32,000 nt of DNA, from contig JAPWTW010000004.1 in the NCBI GenBank assembly GCA_028275885.1, forward strand, positions 1-32,000, in the 5' to 3' direction. Of the stretch, positions 17,120 to 24,482 are shown one piece after another (position 1 is the stretch's first letter; each line of letters opens with the position of its first letter). The notes under the pieces are model-generated. The model did not search any database and was not told the origin of the DNA. It saw only the letters and a list, made by a program, of their open reading frames with translations. This DNA comes from Candidatus Nanopusillus sp. (GTDB taxonomy: Archaea > Nanobdellota > Nanobdellia > Nanobdellales > Nanobdellaceae). Made by a program: the position numbers and the translations under genes.

Positions 17120-18280
17120 TCAATTAATATTAATTGTATTAGATAATGTTATATTTGGTGTTATTGGTGTATATACAATTGTTACATTACCATTGATATA
17201 TGCATATCGAGCATTTGGGAGTACATTGCTAATTACTAAATAATAGCCCTCATTAGATAATTGATATGTATCTAGCAAAATTTCTATATTAAATGTTGTT
17301 GATATACCACCATAGTAATATGCAGGGCCTGTAAATGACCATGCTTCTCGTTGATATAGACCTTCAAAGTAATTAAATTGATATGGTGTAAATAAAAATA
17401 ATTTAACAGGGCTTGTTGAGCTAAGATTTATGACTAGTTTCACATATTTGTCATTTGTTGGTAAATTGTACTGTATTGGTAAGTACATGTAATATTGTTG
17501 AGGAAGGTCTTCATTAATTACTGATACTGGTAATGTTTCAGGTCCACTGCACCAGTTACTTAGTTCAATTACCAACCATGTACTATTTTCAATTTCTACT
17601 GAACATCCATAGGATTTGAAGTATTGCGGTATATTTATATTCGGACCAGGTATTTCAGTTACTGGACATGAACCAATAATTACATAAGATGGTCCATATC
17701 TGATATAATATCCATAATATGTATAATTACTATCTATTAAACCTTCCCAATGAATAGGTGCATTTAATTGAAGATCTTGTACATATTCATTTGGTGTATA
17801 ACCAGCTGGATACAGAACTTCTTCACTAATTAATAAGAAGCTTCGATATTGATTTAAATATTTATTAAAGTCTTGGTCAAAACTATAATGACTTATTGCT
17901 GGATTCTGAATCATTGTTTTAAATCTAACATAAGCAAACTCATCTAGCCAAGGGCAGTATTGCAGTGGTTGGGCACCAATTGATTGCCTATATTGATTTA
18001 CAATGCTAAAGAATTGGGAAACCCATGCTGAATTTATTGTAGGTTGTGTATATGTTGTTGTTGACTTTAGGGTTGTTGAAATAGTGTTAATACTTGTTTG
18101 TAAGATTTTTAGTATTTGTTTTATATATGAAGGATTATAGATGATTATAAGTATTATTAATAAAATTATTATTACACGAGCAATAATTTTACTAATTCTA
18201 AACCTTCCAGATTTACTTTTACTTTCTTTATTATTCCAATATTTATATCTTCTGTATTTATAATTATCTCTAGTCTCCAT
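17120..18280 (-). CDS. Membrane-anchored CAP/SCP/PR-1-like domain protein with extra C-terminal beta-rich domain
   Basis: 386 aa. Basic N-terminus plus TM helix IIARVIIILLIILIIIY. VNQYRQSIGAQPLQY..WLDEFAYVRFKTM...ISHY and APIHWEGLIDSNYTYYGYYI fit the CAP-domain pattern. Confidence 0.55.
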   Translation of the reverse strand: METRDNYKYRRYKYWNNKESKSKSGRFRISKIIARVIIILLIILIIIYNPSYIKQILKILQTSINTISTTLKSTTTYTQPTINSAWVSQFFSIVNQYRQSIGAQPLQYCPWLDEFAYVRFKTMIQNPAISHYSFDQDFNKYLNQYRSFLLISEEVLYPAGYTPNEYVQDLQLNAPIHWEGLIDSNYTYYGYYIRYGPSYVIIGSCPVTEIPGPNINIPQYFKSYGCSVEIENSTWLVIELSNWCSGPETLPVSVINEDLPQQYYMYLPIQYNLPTNDKYVKLVINLSSTSPVKLFLFTPYQFNYFEGLYQREAWSFTGPAYYYGGISTTFNIEILLDTYQLSNEGYYLVISNVLPNARYAYINGNVTIVYTPITPNITLSNTININ

Positions 18281-18482
18281 AGTTTAATGAACATATGTAT
18301 TCTCGTACCTTATTACTTTTCTTGATAATCTTTGATTGTTTATAAAATATATAAAAAGATAATCTAATTATTTGTTTAATATTTAGAAATATCTTGCTTA
18401 TTAATTTTTCATCATTACACATTAAATAATTATAATATTAGTAAATTTTAAATATATTTATAATGAAAAATGAATGAAAAAA

Positions 18483-18557
18483 TGGTGCCACCGCCGGGAT
18501 TTGAACCCGGGACCTCTACCTTACCAGGGTAGCGCTCTACCGCTGAGCTACGGTGGC
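18483..18557 (-). tRNA. tRNA-Thr (anticodon GGU) with genomically encoded 3' CCA
   Basis: The reverse complement folds as GCCACCG-TA-GCTC-AGCGGTA-GAGC-G-CTACC-CTGGTAA-GGTAG-AGGTC-CCGGG-TTCAAAT-CCCGG-CGGTGGC-A-CCA. Its 5' nucleotide overlaps the stop codon of the upstream CDS. Confidence 0.9.
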
Positions 18558-19474
18558 TATTTTCCTATCTTCTTTGATATAATATTTATATATTGTGGAT
18601 TTATACTATAAATATATTCATTGTTATTTATTTCTCTTAATAATATACCCTGTTTATACATTTTATTTAAATATTTTGATACAGTATTCTTTGGAAGATT
18701 TAATATTCTAGATATTTCTCTTGAAGACATTTTGTTTTTATATAATACTTCTAAAATCTTTATTTGTGTATTAGACAATTTTATATCATTTTCTATATTT
18801 TTTATTTCTTCTAATTCTTTATTTATGTTATCTATTCCCTCTTCCAATAAATTATTTAATTCAATAAATATCTGTCTAACATTATTATTATTCCTTCTTA
18901 TTATATTTCTTAATATTTTTTCATCTATTTTTACTCTTCCCTTTAATTTTTTATTTATCAATTTTAATATTTCATCTTCTGGAGGGAATTTCATTTCAAT
19001 CTTTCTATATAATCTATTTAAGAAAGATAAGGTAGCATTCATTATTTGTGGAGATGGTTGAATTAACATTATTGAATGAGCAATCCTATTATCATATAAA
19101 TATTTTAGTTTTTTAGATACATCTTCTGAAAAATTATAATATTCATCTAATATTAATACTATAGGTAATTTATTTTCAAATTTAAAGAATAAGAACTTAA
19201 TATATTTATTTTTTTCAATTATTTCATCTATATCTTTATCTTTTTCATATTCTCCATTTATATATATTACATTATAATCATCTGATAGTTCTTTTTTGAT
19301 TCTAAATGCTAAAGAAGTTTTTCCAGACCCAATTGGTCCATATAATAGAAATATTTCACCATTTATTATAGAATCTTTTACCTTCTTTATTATATCGTCT
19401 ACTCCAACTAAATCTTCACTTGGTCTTATATCTAAAGGATTTTTAGAGAACCCGTATTTTTTCCACCACATCAT
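18557..19474 (-). CDS. AAA+ P-loop ATPase with C-terminal winged-helix DNA-binding domain (archaeal ATPase / distant Orc1-Cdc6-like)
   Basis: 305 aa. Walker A GPIGSGKTS, Walker B LILDEYYNF, C-terminal HTH SSREISRILNLPKNTVSKYLNKMYKQGILLR. Confidence 0.6.
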   Translation of the reverse strand: MMWWKKYGFSKNPLDIRPSEDLVGVDDIIKKVKDSIINGEIFLLYGPIGSGKTSLAFRIKKELSDDYNVIYINGEYEKDKDIDEIIEKNKYIKFLFFKFENKLPIVLILDEYYNFSEDVSKKLKYLYDNRIAHSIMLIQPSPQIMNATLSFLNRLYRKIEMKFPPEDEILKLINKKLKGRVKIDEKILRNIIRRNNNNVRQIFIELNNLLEEGIDNINKELEEIKNIENDIKLSNTQIKILEVLYKNKMSSREISRILNLPKNTVSKYLNKMYKQGILLREINNNEYIYSINPQYINIISKKIGK

Positions 19475-21119
19475 ATTTTATATTATTTAATAATTCTATA
19501 TAAGTTGATATTGACCATAATTGATGTAGGGCTCCTGCAGGTTTTAATTCGTATGCACTGGATCTCTCTGGTAATGTTCCTATCATTTTTATTAATCTTT
19601 CGTTAGATTTCATAATACTATTTATTATATCCCAATATTTTTCCTTATTTAAATTGTATAAATCTATAGCAGCAATATTGTTTATAAAAATCCATGAATC
19701 TCCATTATGCATTGATTTTCCTTCATTTTTGAAATAATTATCTTCATTACTATATGGAATAAATTCTTTATCAAATATTGATAAACTGCTAATTCCTCCC
19801 CATTTTAGATATAAATGTGTTAATGAATAATCAAATATATTTTCCCATTCATAATTTGAAAAGATCTTTGGGTAAAAGTAATAAGATAAAAATACATTAC
19901 ATCTTATCTTTTTATTTTTTATATCATCATATAATGAATAATCTGATAAATAATTCTTTCTAATTGAATTCTTTATTTTTTCTAATTTTTCTTTATATTC
20001 ATCATTCTTTGTATAATTATATAAATTGTCATATGCATTTGCCATTAAAAATTGTATTTCTATCGGATAAATTCTATTTAATGTATCCATCCATGTTTCA
20101 TTTGGATATGCTTTAAATAAAAATAATTTTTCATCTAAATAATTTTCTTCAAATAATTTTAGCTTTTCAATTATATTATTTACTAATTTATCAAATAATT
20201 CTTTTTCAAATAAATCTTTAAATTGAAATAGTCTAAAAATATATAATCCAATTCCATCAGAATTTCCAACATTTTCATTTTTTATATTTTTTAATCTTCC
20301 ATCTAATAAAAAATAATTTGAATATTCAATTAATTTATTTTTTACAATATCTTTATTAATATAATATAATCCATTTAATGAAATTAATAGATCTCTGCTC
20401 CATTCTTGAAAATACCATGGAAAACCTGCAGAAATATTGTTATCATAAATAAAAGATAGTAACCTATTTTCAATTAAATTCTTTCCACTTAAATTTTCTT
20501 TATCCCTTTTATATATTATTTCTAATTCTTTAGCATAAAAAGAAAATGGCAAATATAAATATCTTTCAAATGGAGGTGATTTTCTATATAAATCATAATT
20601 ATAATTTACCTTTACCCATTTATTTAATTCTTCATAAACCTCAAATCCTTTTATTATTACTTCATAGCTTAAATCTCCTTTATTAAATTTTATTTTTACA
20701 TAATCATTACTTTTTTCATTATTATATATTCTTCCCCATTCATCTATATCATATAAATATCTTATATCGAAATAAACATTCAATGTAGAATATTTATTTG
20801 TTTTATATATTAATTTATTATCTATTAATTTATATTCTTCCCATCCATCTTTATATATTATCTTTAAATCATTATAATCTTTTAATATTACTTTTTCAAT
20901 TTCATTATAGTTTATATCTCTATTTTCTATTTTTTCTATTATTTTGATAAAATTGTTGTTATAATATTGTAATAAACCAAAATATCTACTGTTATATAGT
21001 AAAGGTAAAAACAAAAAAGAACCTTTATTATTTATAACAGCATAATCAAAGTTTTCTAATTCAATTACTTTTTTCATACAAATATTTTTGTTAAAAGATT
21101 TATAATTATTTTTATTCAT
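19443..21119 (-). CDS. Glycogen debranching enzyme, amylo-alpha-1,6-glucosidase (GDE C-terminal domain) family
   Basis: 558 aa. GFPWYFQEWSRDLLISLNGL and MHNGDSWIFINN resemble the (alpha/alpha)6 GDE_C motifs. An alternative start exists at Met15. Confidence 0.75.
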   Translation of the reverse strand: MNKNNYKSFNKNICMKKVIELENFDYAVINNKGSFLFLPLLYNSRYFGLLQYYNNNFIKIIEKIENRDINYNEIEKVILKDYNDLKIIYKDGWEEYKLIDNKLIYKTNKYSTLNVYFDIRYLYDIDEWGRIYNNEKSNDYVKIKFNKGDLSYEVIIKGFEVYEELNKWVKVNYNYDLYRKSPPFERYLYLPFSFYAKELEIIYKRDKENLSGKNLIENRLLSFIYDNNISAGFPWYFQEWSRDLLISLNGLYYINKDIVKNKLIEYSNYFLLDGRLKNIKNENVGNSDGIGLYIFRLFQFKDLFEKELFDKLVNNIIEKLKLFEENYLDEKLFLFKAYPNETWMDTLNRIYPIEIQFLMANAYDNLYNYTKNDEYKEKLEKIKNSIRKNYLSDYSLYDDIKNKKIRCNVFLSYYFYPKIFSNYEWENIFDYSLTHLYLKWGGISSLSIFDKEFIPYSNEDNYFKNEGKSMHNGDSWIFINNIAAIDLYNLNKEKYWDIINSIMKSNERLIKMIGTLPERSSAYELKPAGALHQLWSISTYIELLNNIKYDVVEKIRVL

Positions 21120-21128
21120 TTTTTAATT

Positions 21129-22325
21129 ATGAAAATATTATTTTTATCTTGGGGAGTGTTTCCTCAGAAAGGTGGTGGATTAGAAAAAGTAACATATTAT
21201 TATTTGAAATATCTCGATTATTTTAATAATAATGTTTATTTATTTATTTTAAACCTGACTGATGATGTAAAATCTTTTTGGAATAATAAATTAAAGAATT
21301 CAAAAATCTTTGGATTAAATATGAAAGTATATCAATCATATATAGATTATTTTAAATATGAATCTTTTACTTTATATAAAAGGAAAATTATAGACTATAA
21401 AAAGGCTGTAATTGAATATAAAGATAGAATATTGGATTTATTGAAAAAAATGAAATTAGATTTTGATATTATATATGCATATGATTGGTTAACTGCTTTA
21501 GCAGGTATAGAAATAAAGAAAATATATAAAAAACCATTGGTTGTTCATTTTCATTCTTTAGTATATGATAGAGTTGGAGGGAATCCGGATGCTTTAAAAT
21601 ATTTATATGATTATGATTATGGAATAGAATTAGAAGCATGTAAATATGCAGATAAAATTATAGTAGTAAGTAAGAGAGAAAAAGATATATTAACAAAATA
21701 TTATAATTGTGATGAAAAGAAAATTGATGTAATATACAATGCTCCTGATGATGATTTTAATATAAAAGAGAAAATAAATAGTAAAATAAAAGAAAAATAT
21801 AAGATAGTATTATATCTTGGGAGAATGACAATGCATAAGGGTCCAGATTATTTATTAAGGGCAGCTAAAAAAGTTTTGGAAAAAAGAAAGGATGTATTGT
21901 TTATATTTGCAGGAACTGGGGAAATGCTAGAATATTTAATAAAAATGGCTGCAGATTTAAATATATCAAAAAATGTAATATTTACCGGATGGGTTGATGA
22001 TGATTTAGCAGAATATTTATATTCAATAGCAGATATATTTGTTTTGCCATCTGTATCAGAACCATTTGGTTTAACACCATTTGAAGCTTTAAAATATAAA
22101 GACTTTATAATAATATCAAAACAAACAGGAGTATATGAAGTATTAAAAAATGCATTAGCAGTTGATTTTTGGGATGTAAATAAGATGGCCGATTATATAT
22201 TGGCACTATTATCTTATCCAAAATTAGGAGAATATGAGATAAAATTATGTTTGGATGATATAAAAAATTTATCTTGGAGAAATTCTGTAGAAAAACTAAT
22301 TTCTATTTTCAATAGCCTGGTTTAA
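21129..22325 (+). CDS. GT-B glycosyltransferase, GT4/GT5 archaeal glycogen-synthase-like
   Basis: 398 aa. N-terminal MKILFLSWGVFPQKGGGLEKV and C-terminal PSVSEPFGLTPFEALKY (E-x7-E type motif). Confidence 0.75.
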   Translation: MKILFLSWGVFPQKGGGLEKVTYYYLKYLDYFNNNVYLFILNLTDDVKSFWNNKLKNSKIFGLNMKVYQSYIDYFKYESFTLYKRKIIDYKKAVIEYKDRILDLLKKMKLDFDIIYAYDWLTALAGIEIKKIYKKPLVVHFHSLVYDRVGGNPDALKYLYDYDYGIELEACKYADKIIVVSKREKDILTKYYNCDEKKIDVIYNAPDDDFNIKEKINSKIKEKYKIVLYLGRMTMHKGPDYLLRAAKKVLEKRKDVLFIFAGTGEMLEYLIKMAADLNISKNVIFTGWVDDDLAEYLYSIADIFVLPSVSEPFGLTPFEALKYKDFIIISKQTGVYEVLKNALAVDFWDVNKMADYILALLSYPKLGEYEIKLCLDDIKNLSWRNSVEKLISIFNSLV

Positions 22326-23471
22326 TTCTATATCTTTTAAAATATTCATATATGATATAAAAGAATCATATGGGGTTGTAAAAGCCTCTTCCCTAAAATA
22401 TTTATGAACATCCCCATCACTATTATATTTTAAGCTCATATAATAGAAATTATCTGAAGTTGATAGATATCTTAATATATTTAATATTTTTTCATCATTT
22501 TTATACTTTTTATATAATTCTCTCAAATAATCTAAAGCTTCTCTTTGTATACTATCTCCAATCCATGCAGATAGATCTCTCTCAATATCAGCCCATGATA
22601 TTAGTTCTGGAATATTTAATTCATCTTTATAATCAAATTCTTCTGCAGCTTCAGTTATATTATATGTTTCAAAATATTCTTCTTTTCCAATATACTCAAA
22701 TAATTTATTCCAAAATTCAAATATTCCAGATTCTTTCCATATATGTTCTCCAATTGTTTCAAAATCCATAAATATATTTATTATATCTCCAGGGGTGCTC
22801 TTTAACCATAAATAATATTTATCTGCAGTTAATGGATATTCTGACCAATTCTTATTTGTAAATCTAAATCCTATATCATCAGATAATCTATAATTTCTTA
22901 ATAATAATCTTAAATTATTTATTTTTAATTTATATACGTAATTTGGACTTCTATTTCCCAAAATTTTTTCAGTCCCTTCAGTTAATGCTACTTTATATCC
23001 TAAAGAATATACAATTTCTCCAATTTCGTTGTTAAATACAAGTTCAAAGTTTCTAAAGCTTTTAGATTTATAATTAAATATTTCTTTTATTTTCTTTCTA
23101 TGCAATTTTATTTGATTAATAAATTCTTCTTTATCAATTAAATATGCTAATGAATGATAATATGTTTCTGATACAATTTCTACATTTCCAGTATCTACTA
23201 ATTTTTTCCATAATTCTAAAATTTCTGGATGATATAATTCTAATTGTTCAATCAATGTTCCAGAAATTGAAAATGATACTTTTATATCATACTTTGTAAT
23301 ATTGTCATATATCATTTCTAATGCTGGTTTATAACATTTATATACAACCCTATCTAGTATCTTTTTATTTAGATCGTCGTTGAAATAATTTTTATATCCA
23401 ATATCAAAAAATGAATAATACCTTATTCTTCTTGGTTGATGTGCATGGAAATAAAATACAATACCTGTCAT
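22296..23471 (-). CDS. Glycoside hydrolase family 57 alpha-glucan-active enzyme
   Basis: 391 aa. N-terminal FYFHAHQPRR (GH57 region I HQP) and FMDFETIGEH (GH57 D-x-E-x-x-GE region). Confidence 0.75.
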   Translation of the reverse strand: MTGIVFYFHAHQPRRIRYYSFFDIGYKNYFNDDLNKKILDRVVYKCYKPALEMIYDNITKYDIKVSFSISGTLIEQLELYHPEILELWKKLVDTGNVEIVSETYYHSLAYLIDKEEFINQIKLHRKKIKEIFNYKSKSFRNFELVFNNEIGEIVYSLGYKVALTEGTEKILGNRSPNYVYKLKINNLRLLLRNYRLSDDIGFRFTNKNWSEYPLTADKYYLWLKSTPGDIINIFMDFETIGEHIWKESGIFEFWNKLFEYIGKEEYFETYNITEAAEEFDYKDELNIPELISWADIERDLSAWIGDSIQREALDYLRELYKKYKNDEKILNILRYLSTSDNFYYMSLKYNSDGDVHKYFREEAFTTPYDSFISYMNILKDIELNQAIENRN

Positions 23472-23508
23472 AAATATTTTTTAAAGATATAATAATATAA
23501 AATTTAAT

Positions 23509-23823
23509 ATGATTGAAGTTGATGATGAAAAACAAGCATTTATCACTATTGATGGACAAAAATTATATGGTCTTCAAGATTTATTAATTTGGTTATACAA
23601 TGCAGATCAAGATAAATTTAATTATCATAAAAATCATTTTCCCGAATGGATAAAGAATTCATTGAAGGAGGAAAGTTTATATGAAAAGATAAAGGAAGCG
23701 AAAGATAAGGATGAGTATATAAAAATAATAGGAAATTTCTTAAAAACTCATGAAATATATGTAAAGAAAAAATTTTCAAAGGAAGAGGCTGAAATAAGAT
23801 TTTCAAAATTATTAGGATTATGA
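23509..23823 (+). CDS. Small K/E-rich protein of unknown function, first gene of a 3-gene coupled unit
   Basis: 104-aa ORF. Its stop overlaps the ParA/MinD-like start (ATGA). The C-terminal half is highly charged (KEAKDKDEYIKI...KKKFSKEEAEIRF). Confidence 0.5.
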   Translation: MIEVDDEKQAFITIDGQKLYGLQDLLIWLYNADQDKFNYHKNHFPEWIKNSLKEESLYEKIKEAKDKDEYIKIIGNFLKTHEIYVKKKFSKEEAEIRFSKLLGL

Positions 23824-24482
23824 TAGTATCTTTTCTATCATTAAAAGGAGGAGTTGGAAAAACTACATTAGCAAATAATCTTGCAGCATATTTAAAGAAG
23901 GAATATAATTATAAAGTATTGATAATAGATACAAATGGAATTTATTCTTCAAATTTAATATTCTTAAATAATGAAAAATTCTTTGGAAATAAAATATATG
24001 AAGGAATAAAGATATTACCATACTTTCATTTAAAAATTATAGATAATTTAGATTTTAATGTTAATGATTTAAATTATTTGAAAAGATATTATGATGTAAT
24101 TATTTTTGATGTACTTCCAAATATAAATTATATATTAAATATTGAAAAAATATCAGATATAAATTTTCTAGTAATAAATCCAGATTTCTATTCTTTATAT
24201 GTAAATAAAAAATTATATGATCTTTTAGATAAAAATAAAGTTAAAATAATATTAAACAAATATGATAAAAGTATTGAAATAGATTTTATAGAAGATATAT
24301 TTAAGAAAGAAATATATACGGTTATTCCAATAATTAAAGATTTTATTAATTATCAGCTCCAATATCAACCAATTGCATTTTATAATGAAAAATCAAAAGC
24401 ATTGAAATATATAGATGAGCTAGCATATTGTATAACTGGTAATAAAAAGAGGAGAAGTATATTTGATATTATATTTAGATGA
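23820..24482 (+). CDS. ParA/MinD-family deviant Walker-A ATPase
   Basis: 220 aa. SLKGGVGKTTLANNLAAYL (KGGxGKT deviant Walker A), VLIIDTNG, YDVIIFDVLP (Walker B). The C-terminal basic/hydrophobic tail is NKKRRSIFDIIFR. Confidence 0.8.
   Translation: MIVSFLSLKGGVGKTTLANNLAAYLKKEYNYKVLIIDTNGIYSSNLIFLNNEKFFGNKIYEGIKILPYFHLKIIDNLDFNVNDLNYLKRYYDVIIFDVLPNINYILNIEKISDINFLVINPDFYSLYVNKKLYDLLDKNKVKIILNKYDKSIEIDFIEDIFKKEIYTVIPIIKDFINYQLQYQPIAFYNEKSKALKYIDELAYCITGNKKRRSIFDIIFR

Noticed and set aside
18395-18425. C-box-like AATGATGAAA on the minus strand in the spacer upstream of the CAP-domain gene
   Set aside because: No downstream CUGA D box or D'/C' pair on that strand.
16868-18482. Replication origin (ORB or mini-ORB repeats) near the AAA+/wHTH gene
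   Set aside because: I found no repeated inverted ORB-like elements or G-strings in the two long spacers. The only repeat was a trivial short one (gataatct, twice) at 18323 and 18359.
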